A DNA stretch of 64,000 bases from Epithemia pelagica. Lineage: Eukaryota > Protista > Bacillariophyta. How positions within the stretch are numbered: the first letter of the stretch is position 1; each line of letters starts with the position of its first letter. The stretch is from assembly GCA_946965045.2 (NCBI GenBank), contig OX337228.1, forward strand, positions 124,001 through 188,000, given 5' to 3'. A program made the translations under genes and the position numbers. Below, one piece after another: positions 10,951 through 21,829 of this stretch. The notes below the pieces were generated by a model. That model saw only the letters and a program-made list of their open reading frames with translations. It ran no database searches and had not been told where the DNA came from.

Positions 10951-13900
10951 ATGTCGAATGTACAGGCATCTGTGGTCCCATTGGCGGCAGATGACACTGG
11001 TCAACAGGCAATTGATACGAGTATGGAAATCGAACCGTCCAAGAATTCGGCACTCAAGATCATCCAAGAAGAAGAGTCGAACCCAATCGTCTCGAGCGAT
11101 GAGGCTTCTCCTGTTGCTGTAGCGCGGGTACGCCCTACTTCTAGGATTGAGAATGATGAGGAAATGGACCAAGCAGACGACAAACAAGAAACAGAAGAAA
11201 AAACGACGACAACCTCTCTCATTGATGTGTACCAAGCATTGGATTCTCTCGACTCGGAAGGATGCGCTTGGACAGGAGGCTTGGCCACAGAGCTGCCCTC
11301 CATGCCAGGGTTGATTGTAGAAGGAGTGGGAGAAGTCAAGTTACCGCTGGATCAAGACACTGCCACCAAACTCAAAACAACGTCCAGTAACATGCTCTTT
11401 CAAGCGGCGGGTGACATTTTGGAAGCTACTGACGCTGACGTGGCTCAAATCGATGCCGATAAGGTTACTTTGACCAATCCAGCCTGGTTTGCTGGCTTGA
11501 AAGCCCTCACGAAAAAGGTTTGTGCGGCTCTCGGAGTCGATCCGGAGCTAGTACGAACTGAGCTATCCAGCCTTTTGTTGAATCTAGAAGGAGACTGTTC
11601 CAGAAAGCATCGAGACTTGAAGAAGGCAGATGGAAAGTTTGCATCCTTGATGATCCAACTACCAAGTCGCTTCACGGGAGGGTCCTTTGCAGTGACTCAT
11701 GACGGTAACACAAAGACATTTACCATGCATGATCCTGAAACATGTCCATTTAGCTGTCGTTATGTAGCACATTATGCCGATTGTGAGCATGAGATTTTGC
11801 CCATTGAGTCGGGTCATCAACTCGCCCTGGTCTATTCTCTCTGTTATACGGATGACGATTGTTCCAAACCGTCGCTTGCCAATGTGCACGAAGGTTCGTT
11901 AGTATCAGTAATTGCGAAGTTGGACCGGAATCAATCTCTCTTTGCCATTCCCATTGATAAAGGATATGAGTCTTTGGCATTGGCGCGTCATGGAGTGAAT
12001 GTCCTCAAGGGAAAGGATCGATCTCTGGCTCGGACGATTGGTCGCGTCGAGGGGTGGCAACTCTTGATTGCTAAGGTGGAAGGAAGCGGCTCACATCGGA
12101 GAGACGTTGGAAACATTTCCTGCAAAGAATTGTTTCACCAAGATGGAAGCGATGCGCAAGCGCATCAAACCTGGCTCGACAACGATCTCTGTTTGGATTC
12201 GATAACGAAGGGAGGCAGTTTATTAGCTGTTGGGGACAGAGCGAAGTACGTGTGGAATCTCCAAGACTCGAGAGATCGGTATAGCTACATCAACAGGTAT
12301 TCAACGTCCATTTTGATTGCATTTTCCGAGAACTCAGTCTTTGAGAGAATTTGCCGTTCGGATTTCTCGAAAGCTCTGGAGGAACTTTCCAGAACTCCCA
12401 TCCATATGGACCGTGCCTTGAAGTTCATGGCGGAGTCAACACCGATCCTTAACTCAGCAGATTTTGTCACCCTCCACTCCTTGCTGAAAGAGAAGGACTC
12501 ATTTTGGTCGTCGTTGAATGCGATGATGCAGGGACTGTCTAATAAGAGTAGACGGGGCATGTCTACAAACAGACGTGAAGTCTCCAAAGGTGAACGTGAA
12601 GTGCCTTCCTCCACTGTGATTTCAATTCTGACCTCATTGATAAAAGAACATGGATGGGACGATGAAAAAATAACTCCTATCCGTCTCTTTCTGGAGCAGC
12701 TTGCTGATATTGACAGGCAAACCGATTGCATGGAATTCTTGTCCGTGATGGAGCACTTTCTTACAATCAAGAAAGTGCTACAGAATAAGGATATCATGGA
12801 CACTTTGGTGGAAAAGACGATTGATAATTTTGCCAAGGGCACTGGAACCACGGATTCAAGCTTGCGCTATAGTGACATTGCTCCCAGGAACAGAGGCGAA
12901 ATTTACAAGCGCCTTGAATCAATGTCCCAAACACATGGATACGAGAGCATATCATCTGCTGTCCAGGCATGCTTTGTACGAATCCAAACAATGAACAAGT
13001 CTGAGACGGAGAGGCTGCTTCCGACGTTAGTAGAGCAGATTGCAGCTGTAGAATCCATACATACCAATGTCCCGGACGCGAAACTGGATACCACTCTTCA
13101 TGAGTCCATACTGGATACGTTTGCTAGCTTCATCAAGAACGATTATGGTTCCCGAGGAATCAGTTCCTCACAGGAGTTTCCGACGATTCACTCTTTTCTG
13201 AAGAATCACGCCTCATATTGGCCATCCTTCAACGTTATTTTGAAGCGCATGCACAAAACACTCCCTGGCTCTTCCTTGACTTCTATCTTAGCTTCTGTGA
13301 TAAAGGAACACGGATGGGACGACGAAAAGATGGCTCCAGTTCGGGACTTTCTTGAAACGCTTCCTGACAGGGCAGAAGCATGTAATTGCTTTGTCTTCTT
13401 GAATTTGTTGGAGCCACTGCTCGTGTTGAAGAGAACTTTGGGAGATAAGGCACCGATTGATTCCCTGATAGAACGGACCATTAAAAATTTTGACATGGAG
13501 GAGGGAAGAGGTCGAGTGTCAAGTAAAACCAGAAAGGAGATTTATAGTTTGCTTGAAAAGCGAGTCAAGGAGCATGGATGGGAGATTCTAGCTGCTGCTG
13601 TCGACTCCTGCGTTGTCAGAACCCACAAACTTGTTCCTTGCGATGAGGAGGCGTGGCTCGAGATCTATATCGAACAGATTGATTGGGTGAAATCGCTTCG
13701 TGCCAACAAACGTCTCGAGACATCCATTGTGGATTCGTTTGAGGGAGTGGTGGAAGAAAACATTGTCGGTTCGTTTGAGGGAGTGGCTTCGAACTACTGT
13801 GCTCATATACTTACTTCCTCAGCTCGTTTTACTTCCCTTCATTCTTATTGCAAGAACAATTCCAGTTACTGGAGTTCATTCGAGATGATTCTGGAAGACT

Positions 13901-15183
13901 TTGTTTCTGAATCAAAACCCGTGCCTTCTAACTTCATTTCGATCTTAGTATCCACCATACAGAAAAGTGGGTGGCTCGACGACAAGGTGGCTCCGATCCG
14001 TCAGTTTCTGGAACAGCTCGCTAATAAGGGAAGCAAAGTGAATTGTATTGATTTCTTGACGTCGATTGAGCCCCTGGTCTCAATCAGGGAAGCGCTGGAG
14101 GACAAGTCTGCAATTGACTCTCTAATCGAAAAGGCGATACGTAGTTTCGAAACGAAAACAGAAAGAGAATCGCTTCGAGAATACTACACAAACGAAGATC
14201 CAGAGGATATTTACAGGCGTATTGAAACTCTGACGGAAGAAAGCAAATGGGAGAGTCTATCATCCACTGTCAAGTCATGTTTTTCCCGAATTCGTAAAGT
14301 GAACACAAGGAAATCGTTTCTTGAGCGTTTGGTCGATCAGATTGAAGCGATTGAGTCATTTTCTACAAACATCCCTGTCGTATTAGACAAGGACGATCTT
14401 CGAGAACCTATACTCACAGAGTTTGTGAGTTCTCTCACGAGCGGTCGCTTGTGGGATGCCTCCACCTCTGATATTGAAAGTATGTTAGAGAAACTCGTCA
14501 TGTACGGCACAACTGAGATGTTTGACGATGTGGAAACCTGGGCAAGCACAGCCTCATCCTCATGGCTGTCGCTTCTCGACTCTGTATTCCAAAACCAGCC
14601 GTCTATCAGTTACAACGTGTCGAACCGAGAGGCCGTAGAAGAATGTATCACTTATGTACATACACGGGCCCACGAACAGCAAGTTGCCGATTTGAAAGAG
14701 AAAGAGAGTGAGTTGGTTCGTTTGACTCAAGAGCGTCCTTCTCCCGTAACAACCTGGAGGATACCAGAGGCAGACACTGGCGACGATGATTTAGACGAGT
14801 ACCTACACAGCGATCGATCAGATTCGTATGAGATTCACGTGGGGGGAGGGAAAGACCACGCCAGGAAGCTTATAGGGAATGGGGAAATCATGTCGCTCCG
14901 CCACGCTGCCGAAATTGGTGTTAAGATCGAGACAAGTCGCAAGATTGGGCAGAGGGCATCCGTGATTGTGAAAAAAGCAAAGAAGCAAGAGCAGCGATAT
15001 CAATTGGAGATCTACAAATACAATCTTCGAAAACTCGTTTCCGTGCGTAACGAACTGGAAGACTTGGGCCATCGTCCTCGTCCTCGTCCACCGGCAGACG
15101 ACGACGAGCCTCCCTCGAAACGAGCCAAATTTGGAGATATACCAGAAGTGATTGTGGTTAAAGTTCGTCGTCAAGATGAATAA
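10951..15183 (+). CDS. 2OG-Fe(II) dioxygenase-like/helical-repeat paralog 3 (1410 aa), partly degenerate active site
   Basis: RKHRD...HYADCEH...SGHQLALVYSL (Arg->Gln); three helical units; PPSKRAK NLS followed by EVIVVKV. Confidence 0.9.
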   Translation: MSNVQASVVPLAADDTGQQAIDTSMEIEPSKNSALKIIQEEESNPIVSSDEASPVAVARVRPTSRIENDEEMDQADDKQETEEKTTTTSLIDVYQALDSLDSEGCAWTGGLATELPSMPGLIVEGVGEVKLPLDQDTATKLKTTSSNMLFQAAGDILEATDADVAQIDADKVTLTNPAWFAGLKALTKKVCAALGVDPELVRTELSSLLLNLEGDCSRKHRDLKKADGKFASLMIQLPSRFTGGSFAVTHDGNTKTFTMHDPETCPFSCRYVAHYADCEHEILPIESGHQLALVYSLCYTDDDCSKPSLANVHEGSLVSVIAKLDRNQSLFAIPIDKGYESLALARHGVNVLKGKDRSLARTIGRVEGWQLLIAKVEGSGSHRRDVGNISCKELFHQDGSDAQAHQTWLDNDLCLDSITKGGSLLAVGDRAKYVWNLQDSRDRYSYINRYSTSILIAFSENSVFERICRSDFSKALEELSRTPIHMDRALKFMAESTPILNSADFVTLHSLLKEKDSFWSSLNAMMQGLSNKSRRGMSTNRREVSKGEREVPSSTVISILTSLIKEHGWDDEKITPIRLFLEQLADIDRQTDCMEFLSVMEHFLTIKKVLQNKDIMDTLVEKTIDNFAKGTGTTDSSLRYSDIAPRNRGEIYKRLESMSQTHGYESISSAVQACFVRIQTMNKSETERLLPTLVEQIAAVESIHTNVPDAKLDTTLHESILDTFASFIKNDYGSRGISSSQEFPTIHSFLKNHASYWPSFNVILKRMHKTLPGSSLTSILASVIKEHGWDDEKMAPVRDFLETLPDRAEACNCFVFLNLLEPLLVLKRTLGDKAPIDSLIERTIKNFDMEEGRGRVSSKTRKEIYSLLEKRVKEHGWEILAAAVDSCVVRTHKLVPCDEEAWLEIYIEQIDWVKSLRANKRLETSIVDSFEGVVEENIVGSFEGVASNYCAHILTSSARFTSLHSYCKNNSSYWSSFEMILEDFVSESKPVPSNFISILVSTIQKSGWLDDKVAPIRQFLEQLANKGSKVNCIDFLTSIEPLVSIREALEDKSAIDSLIEKAIRSFETKTERESLREYYTNEDPEDIYRRIETLTEESKWESLSSTVKSCFSRIRKVNTRKSFLERLVDQIEAIESFSTNIPVVLDKDDLREPILTEFVSSLTSGRLWDASTSDIESMLEKLVMYGTTEMFDDVETWASTASSSWLSLLDSVFQNQPSISYNVSNREAVEECITYVHTRAHEQQVADLKEKESELVRLTQERPSPVTTWRIPEADTGDDDLDEYLHSDRSDSYEIHVGGGKDHARKLIGNGEIMSLRHAAEIGVKIETSRKIGQRASVIVKKAKKQEQRYQLEIYKYNLRKLVSVRNELEDLGHRPRPRPPADDDEPPSKRAKFGDIPEVIVVKVRRQDE

Positions 15184-15634
15184 TTACATATATTTGAGAA
15201 CGTTTCATGGCTGGTTTTTATTGACTTTATGAGATTGGTTTTCCTTCTATGTACGGGTTTGAAGAGAAGGAGCGTCTCTCGGCTCCCCGTTGGAAGTTGG
15301 CTTCTGCTCTGCATGTGAACAAGAAATGCGATCTTGAAAAGCAGTAGAGTTCATGTCTTTGGAGTGGCATGTTCCTTCCCTCTGTCTCGGAACCGGAGGA
15401 TTGGACTATGTGTCGGTCCAAATTTTATGACCATGTTTACCTTTGTGGCGCCAACAGATATCGCCTCGCTTGCGCGCGCAAAATCTCAACAATCGAGCCG
15501 ATTGGCCACGCTAGCTCGGCTTCATTTTTAGTGCGCCACTCGTCTCACTTGTGATCGCTTGGAATGTGCAAATTTCCAGGCTTTTCCTTGTTGAACCCCT
15601 GATCAAAGTTTGACTCCTTGTAGAACCCGACACC

Positions 15635-18430
15635 ATGTCTTGCGGTGCTGTCCAGAAATCTATCCTAAACGCAGGCGGTGGAGAATCCAACGACGATTCG
15701 CCAGTCAAAACCGTTGAACCATGCGAGATTCGAAGCAAAACTACGCAAGTCGACACCATTGTGTCGAGCGATGAGGCATCTCCAGAGAAACGAGACCATG
15801 GCTCACCAGAGGCTCCACAAGAAATAACCTCACTCACAGATGTCTATCAAGCTCTCGATTCCCTCGACTCGGAAGGATCAGCGTGTACCGGTGGCATTGC
15901 CACTGAGTTGCCCGCCATGCCAGGGTTGGTTGTAGAAGGAGTTGGTGAGATTTTCCTGCCGTTAAATCAAGAAAATGCTACCAAGCTCAAGGCCGCTGCT
16001 CGACAAGCTCCTCATGGACGGGGAATGGAAACAATCATTGACAAATCGGTCCGTGATACAATGCAAGTGGATGCCGATCAGGTGACCTTGACCAATCCAG
16101 TCTGGTCTGCTGGTATAAAAGGACTGACAAGGAAAGTATGTACGGCTCTTGGCGTTAATCCTGACCTGGTCCGTAGTGAGTTGTACAAACTCTTGCTTTA
16201 TGAGGAAGGTGGCTTTTTCAAAAAGCATCGCGATACAGAAAAGGCCGACGGAATGTTTGCCACGTTGGTGGTGCAACTACCTAGTCGTTTCACTGGAGGA
16301 TCTTTTGTTGTCACCCACAATGGTAGCACAAAGGAATTTTCTATGGAAGATTCGAAAACGTCGCCTTATTGTTGTCACTATGTGGGACATTATGCGGATT
16401 GTGAGCATGAGATTTTGCCGATTGAATCTGGGTATCGAGTCGCTTTGATCTATTCTCTTTGCTACACGGGCAAGGAAGTTTCCAAACCGTCTGTCGCAAA
16501 TGTCCAAGAAGGTTCGTTGGTGTCCGTGATGCAGCGATTGGACAAGAGTCAATCTCTGTTTGCGATTCCCATGGATCATCAGTATACGACGGTTTCGTTG
16601 GCACGTCTGGGAGTGGGCGCTCTCAAGGGCCAGGATCGATCTTTGGCCCGGACCATTGGTCATGTCGAGGGATGGGAATTGATGGTTGTCAAACTGGAAC
16701 GGACGGACTGCGAAGATTTGTGTCCGTTTGATGGATTGGAAGTCATGGCCAATTACCGAGGCGACGTGTGTTTGAAGGAAATATTTTGCCAGGATGGAAG
16801 GGATGGAAAAGAACAGGCAAACTGGCTGAAAGAACAGCTTAACTTTGATTCCGTAAAGCAGGGAGGGAATCTATTGACCGAAAACCGCGATGGAATCTGG
16901 GGAGAGGGAGACGTGGGCGCCGTCCAGTACACGGGAAACGAAGGAACGACTCGTGACACAACCTACAGTGCGTGTGTTTTGATTGCGTATTCCAAGGATG
17001 GAGTCTTTGAGCGGCTTTGTCGTACCAATTTCCCCAAGGCCATGAACATGATTCCAGAAAATCCCAAGCTTCTTGATCGTGCGTTGGAGTACATTCATCA
17101 GTCTAAGCCCAGCATTTCTTCCGATGACTTTCTGGCCATACACCCTTTGATTCAAGGCACTGACTCTTATTGGTCGTCCTTCGATATGCTTCTACAGGGA
17201 TTGAAGTCTCGATCGGAAGTCCCATCTTCCTCCGTCACTTCTCTGTTTTCGTCCATGATCAAGGACCATGGATGGAACAACGAGCAGATGGCTCCGCTCC
17301 GTTTGTTTCTGGAACAGCTTGTCGACCTTGCCAATCGAGCTGACTGTGAACAACTCGTGTCCTTGATCAAGACTTTTTTTGCGGTCAAGGAAGTTTTGCC
17401 CGATAAATCGCACATGGAGTCTCTGATACAAAAGACGCTTGGTACATTTGATGCGGCCACTGGAAACTTTGCCGTCCGTCGTCACATGCGTCGACCAAGA
17501 TTCCCGCCCTACCTGATATACCATCGTTTGGAAGCTCTGGCGAAATTGCATGGATGGAAGAGCGTCGCCTCTCTGGTCACAAGCTGCTTTTCTAGAATCC
17601 GCAAATCCAAACCGTGCCATACCAAGCTGGGTTGCATCTTGGCGGGCCAGATCAACGCCATTGAATCCCTGTCCAAAAATGTTCCTGGCGTTCCGACACA
17701 GTCTCTGCGAGAATCGGTCCGCAAATTCCTTCTGACGGTCATTCGACAAGACGAAGTCTGGCTTTCTCCCGAAATTGGAAAGTTGGTAGAGGACCTGTAC
17801 CGGTACGGGACACCGGCCATGTTCCAACGGGTGGAAGGCTGGGCCTCCAAGGCCGCTCTTTTCAAGGTTTCGATTGTCCATGCCGAATTACAAAAACTAG
17901 AATCGACGACCCACAAGACGCCGTCGAGGTATCCCCAAGCCAAGGATCATTGCGTGGCTCATGTCCATCAACGGTTCCACGACATGAAACGAGACGAGCT
18001 GAAACGTCAAGAACATACTCTGCTGGAACAGACTCGAGTGGGAGAACCCGTCTTTTCGTGGTCCATGCCGCAAGCCAAGACTCGTAGCGATCGTTTAAAC
18101 GCTTTTCTCCACAGTGACCAAGAGGGTCCCTGTGAGATTTGTTTGGCAAAAGGACTCGAGAATGCCAGGAGTTTTTCACGGGATGGTGGACTCATCAGCC
18201 AAGGGTACAGCGCTACCATCAAAGTCACGGACAAGACAGGGGAAAAGGCATCCGTGATTGTAACCAAAACCAAAAAGCTCTATGAGACGCAATTCCAGCG
18301 ATATCACGCCAATCTCAAGGATCTGGCACAAGTTCGGGCCGATCTGGAACAATTGGATGACCGTCCTCGTCCATCGACACGAGAAGAGCCTCCGGCAAAA
18401 CGTGCTAGAGGATCATCCAACGAGCGTTGA
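15635..18430 (+). CDS. 2OG-Fe(II) dioxygenase/helical-repeat paralog 4 (931 aa), intact catalytic motifs
   Basis: QAPHGRGMETIIDKSVRDT, KLLLYEEGGFFKKHRDTEK, HYADCEH, SGYRVALIYSL and YTGNEG all present (2OG-FeII_Oxy_3-like by recollection); one helical unit; PPAKRAR NLS. Confidence 0.92.
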   Translation: MSCGAVQKSILNAGGGESNDDSPVKTVEPCEIRSKTTQVDTIVSSDEASPEKRDHGSPEAPQEITSLTDVYQALDSLDSEGSACTGGIATELPAMPGLVVEGVGEIFLPLNQENATKLKAAARQAPHGRGMETIIDKSVRDTMQVDADQVTLTNPVWSAGIKGLTRKVCTALGVNPDLVRSELYKLLLYEEGGFFKKHRDTEKADGMFATLVVQLPSRFTGGSFVVTHNGSTKEFSMEDSKTSPYCCHYVGHYADCEHEILPIESGYRVALIYSLCYTGKEVSKPSVANVQEGSLVSVMQRLDKSQSLFAIPMDHQYTTVSLARLGVGALKGQDRSLARTIGHVEGWELMVVKLERTDCEDLCPFDGLEVMANYRGDVCLKEIFCQDGRDGKEQANWLKEQLNFDSVKQGGNLLTENRDGIWGEGDVGAVQYTGNEGTTRDTTYSACVLIAYSKDGVFERLCRTNFPKAMNMIPENPKLLDRALEYIHQSKPSISSDDFLAIHPLIQGTDSYWSSFDMLLQGLKSRSEVPSSSVTSLFSSMIKDHGWNNEQMAPLRLFLEQLVDLANRADCEQLVSLIKTFFAVKEVLPDKSHMESLIQKTLGTFDAATGNFAVRRHMRRPRFPPYLIYHRLEALAKLHGWKSVASLVTSCFSRIRKSKPCHTKLGCILAGQINAIESLSKNVPGVPTQSLRESVRKFLLTVIRQDEVWLSPEIGKLVEDLYRYGTPAMFQRVEGWASKAALFKVSIVHAELQKLESTTHKTPSRYPQAKDHCVAHVHQRFHDMKRDELKRQEHTLLEQTRVGEPVFSWSMPQAKTRSDRLNAFLHSDQEGPCEICLAKGLENARSFSRDGGLISQGYSATIKVTDKTGEKASVIVTKTKKLYETQFQRYHANLKDLAQVRADLEQLDDRPRPSTREEPPAKRARGSSNER

Positions 18431-18732
18431 TGATTCAAAGGGCCTAATTAATGAATAGTCTCTTCTGGTCCTTAATCATATTCGTAGTTAGTATGCAATT
18501 CTACTCTCTGTTGCTGAGAATTCAATTGCCTTGGTCGTAGGAACACCAGCATCGGCTTCTTGTTCTTCTTCGTTACTACGACGGTCCAAAATGTAACAAT
18601 CGGAGGTGCGGGGAGCATGCGGGTTTTGTGTGTGCCTCTCGGAATGAGAGGAGCGAAACAGGGTCACCTCGCGCGAGCGGTAGTTGCGCGCAAACACTTC
18701 CGCTCCCGCCGCGACGCGGTCGGTCACGCACT

Positions 18733-18765
18733 TACAAGCTGGCTCACATTTCGTAGTGCATGAGT
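18733..18765 (+). repeat. left TA + terminal inverted repeat (TA CAAGCTGGCTCACATTTCGTAGTGCATGAGT)
   Basis: Reverse complement matches 25695-25727 at 32/33 positions. Confidence 0.9.
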
Positions 18766-18932
18766 ATATTAGTCTACAAGACTGTACTGAGAAAAAACTC
18801 GTACACAAAACTCCACAGTGGAAAATCCGCAGCAACCATGACAATGGGACGGCCCGATGTTTGGGCAAATACGATGGCATTCATGGCCTCAAACACTAGA
18901 ACTGCTGTTACTAATCGACTAAGTAGGTTCTA

Positions 18933-19439
18933 TTAGACATCTGCTGTGAAAAATAGGTTCTGGGTGGGGAACTTCGTCGTCATGTAGCCCAGAGCAGTCT
19001 TGAGCTCATTCATGTGGAAGAGGCTCATATAGATGGTCAGGACCATTGGGTCCATGCTGCTCTTGGTATCAATTGTGCAGCGTATATAGAATTGAATGCG
19101 GCCCTTCTTCTTGCTGGAGTCCGTGGGTGAAAGAACTTCCTTCATCACGGTCTTCACAATGAACCCAACTGGCAGCACGAGCAGCGGGTCAGCGAACTCA
19201 GATCGCGCTTCCCTTTTGTAGAAAGCCAACCGAAGATAGTCGGTGCTTGTCTCGCGTTGGAGGAGAGCATGCCCACGGTCCACAACATTTCTTCCATTTC
19301 GTTCTTCCTTGTCATCAACAATGTCCGACACGAGAACATTCACCCTATCTGCGTAGAAACTTGTCCGAAAGTTGCACCGACTTTTGTCATTTTCAGGGCC
19401 GTCATGGTCCTTGTTGAAATAGAAGTCAATCTCCTCCAT
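18933..19439 (-). CDS. orphan 168-aa protein inside the transposon (weak RanBD/PH-like beta pattern)
   Basis: ATG ORF with globular composition, divergent from the 19680 gene; resemblance to a Ran-binding-domain fold is by eye only. Confidence 0.6.
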   Translation of the reverse strand: MEEIDFYFNKDHDGPENDKSRCNFRTSFYADRVNVLVSDIVDDKEERNGRNVVDRGHALLQRETSTDYLRLAFYKREARSEFADPLLVLPVGFIVKTVMKEVLSPTDSSKKKGRIQFYIRCTIDTKSSMDPMVLTIYMSLFHMNELKTALGYMTTKFPTQNLFFTADV

Positions 19440-19679
19440 GCTTGTCGATTGTGGAAAACTGTTAACTCTACGCCAAGTTGATTGTTAGATTCAAATCACT
19501 TTTGTTTCTTGTTTGCGTATCGTTTCCGGATGCATCCAAAATGTGGGCGCCACACGGGTTGGTCGGATCTTGGGCGCGCACCGCTTTCCGTTGGTCTATC
19601 CGTTGCTCTAAGTAGGTTGATCGAGTTTGGTCTTGTCCGAGCATGCACATTCCCACATGCCATCCAACCAACACACAGC

Positions 19680-20654
19680 ATGGCGAGTTCTGTGAGTGTG
19701 TCTCACAAAAAACAAAGGATGAGCAGCAACAGCAACCATCGCTACCCAAGTCGTACCCGCACGAAAACGGCAATCTTCCTGGAGGACATCCAGGAAGAAG
19801 CTGCTGTTACTCCAGGGAAGCCTTCTCGAGGAGGAAGGGCATCGGCAACGAAGCTCCCTCCGAAGAAGAGCTCCGGAAAGAAGAATGCCAGGAAAAAACG
19901 CCGGACGAAGAAGACAAATCCCGAGGAGCTCCCCCCACCCCAGTCTCCAGAGTTTGTTATTTCCAAGGTGGTTGGGGAGACTCCGGACAACAGCGGGGTT
20001 GACAAGAAGCTGGCAGGAGGAGGAATGAACGACGCTGTGGTATTGGTGCCGGCGGCCAGCAGTGACGCAGAGAAGAGGTTCGAGACTGCGCTCAAGGAAG
20101 CAACGCAGTGGCATCTCATCCTTGGTGATGCCAATGGAGCGACAACACTTATGATTGGTAGAAACTATCAAGGCACGGGTAAGAAAGTCTCCATTGGAGA
20201 GATCGTGGAAACGCTCCGGCAAACCGAGAGCAGCCATAATCCCAGAATTGACAAAACAGTCAACAACAATGGTAAGTTGAACGTGGACTCTTTGCAATTG
20301 AAATGAGCTTGTACTGACCTCGTATTGTTTTCAGGACAGGATGGAATGATGGTAACCAGCACTCCCTTGAAGAAGGAGGACGATTCGATCGCTGAGGCGG
20401 AGACTGTTGCAAAATCCAATGTGGATTGGCAATACATGACGCCAGGTGAAAAGCACGCACACAATCGACGTGAGGCGGAGAAGACTGTGCAGTTCATGCC
20501 TGGAAGTCGTGCATTTGAGCCGCAGCACAAAAGCCCGAGTCTCTTTTGCGAGGATGCTTCGGATGACGACGCAGCAACTTACAATTCACACGTAGATGAT
20601 GGATTTGAAGATACGCAGGAAAATAGTTTTAGTCAGGAGTATTACAAGATCTAG
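19680..20654 (+). CDS. orphan ~303-aa basic/NLS-bearing protein inside the transposon; two exons (19680-20271, 20335-20654)
   Basis: Donor G|GTAAGT at 20272, branch-like TACTGAC at ~20312, acceptor TTTTCAG| at 20334. The 63-nt intron removes the stop at 20306 and joins ORFs 19482-20306 and 20325-20654 in frame. KKNARKKRRTKK cluster. Confidence 0.7.
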
Positions 20655-20725
20655 TTACATATAAGAAACCATATCTAAATATTGAAGAATTGCTGTTGTT
20701 TACCGCTACTGCTGCCTTAGTTCTT

Positions 20726-21829
20726 CTACTCATCTTCGTCGTCATCTGAATCCTCATCGTCCTCGTCATCCAAATCCTCATCATCCTCGTCATCCGAATT
20801 CTCTTGTTCTTCATCATCCAAATCCTCATCATCCAAATCCTCATCTTCGTCGTCATCGTTGCCATCATCATCTTCTTCGTTGTGGTCGCCATCCGAATCT
20901 TCAGAAGTGTTGTCGTGTTCATCCTGGCGTCCTGCCCTCATGCCCGACACCAGATTGTAGCACCAGAAGATTTCTTCATTCTTCTTGATGTTTCGTCTCG
21001 CTGTCGCCTTGAGCTTCGTACTGACTTGGACATTATAACACTTGGCATCCGGGTCGACGGATTCGTTGGTCTTGTACTTCTCGTACTGTGGATCGTTTGC
21101 AAAGTGCAAACCCATCCAAAGGTCTGATGCAGATGGATCCACGAAGGCAAAAGGCCTTGTGCGCAGTTGAATAGCGTAAGCAGAAGGCGGACGGGACTTT
21201 TCCAAGACCTTCCCACAATAATATCCAAGCATTTCGCCTTTTTTGTAGGGCTTTGCTGCAAAAAGCCCAAGACGGGCGTTGTCCAAGGTTGATCGCTTGA
21301 TCACGAACAGATCTTCGTCGAGGTACCGAACAATGCACTCGTACTTTTGTGAATTGTCGTTTAGGTCCACCATCATTGTCCCCTCGATGAGTAGATTGTC
21401 CTTATGTTTCTTGTGCTTTCCAGTCCCTTTCTTCTTGTTGTACTTGCTGGGGGCGTAGTGCTTGACTGCTGTGCCAACAGGTTGGCCCTTGGTGTCGTGG
21501 CCCTTCCGCACCTGTGCACCTTGAATGTTCACGATCCCCTTGATGTGGGAGGAAATGAACCGATACATTTCGATTCTTTCCTCCAAAGTGTCATTACCGA
21601 ACAGTACTTCTAGCTTGGCCATCAGATTTTCTGCCTTCACTGCCCGTGGAGTTCTTGTTGTCGCGATCTTTTTTTTCGCTTGTTCTTTCTGGTTGAGCTC
21701 ATCCATCTTGTATTTTCGATTTTGCTGCTTGCGAGGAAGCTTTGAAGGACGATACATTGCTGCTTTTGCTCCTTTTGTCTTGGAGCGTGTCTGTCGCTGG
21801 GTTGCGGATCGTGTCTGTCGCTTTCCCAT
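20726..21829 (-). CDS. SET-domain protein (putative lysine methyltransferase) with basic N-terminus and acidic C-terminal tail
   Basis: RLGLFAAKPYKKGEMLGYYCG, HFANDP and ARRNIKKNEEIFWCY match SET motifs I-IV; no Cys-rich pre/post-SET; first ATG of the basic region at 21829; D/E-rich last ~50 aa. Confidence 0.88.
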   Translation of the reverse strand: MGKRQTRSATQRQTRSKTKGAKAAMYRPSKLPRKQQNRKYKMDELNQKEQAKKKIATTRTPRAVKAENLMAKLEVLFGNDTLEERIEMYRFISSHIKGIVNIQGAQVRKGHDTKGQPVGTAVKHYAPSKYNKKKGTGKHKKHKDNLLIEGTMMVDLNDNSQKYECIVRYLDEDLFVIKRSTLDNARLGLFAAKPYKKGEMLGYYCGKVLEKSRPPSAYAIQLRTRPFAFVDPSASDLWMGLHFANDPQYEKYKTNESVDPDAKCYNVQVSTKLKATARRNIKKNEEIFWCYNLVSGMRAGRQDEHDNTSEDSDGDHNEEDDDGNDDDEDEDLDDEDLDDEEQENSDDEDDEDLDDEDDEDSDDDEDE

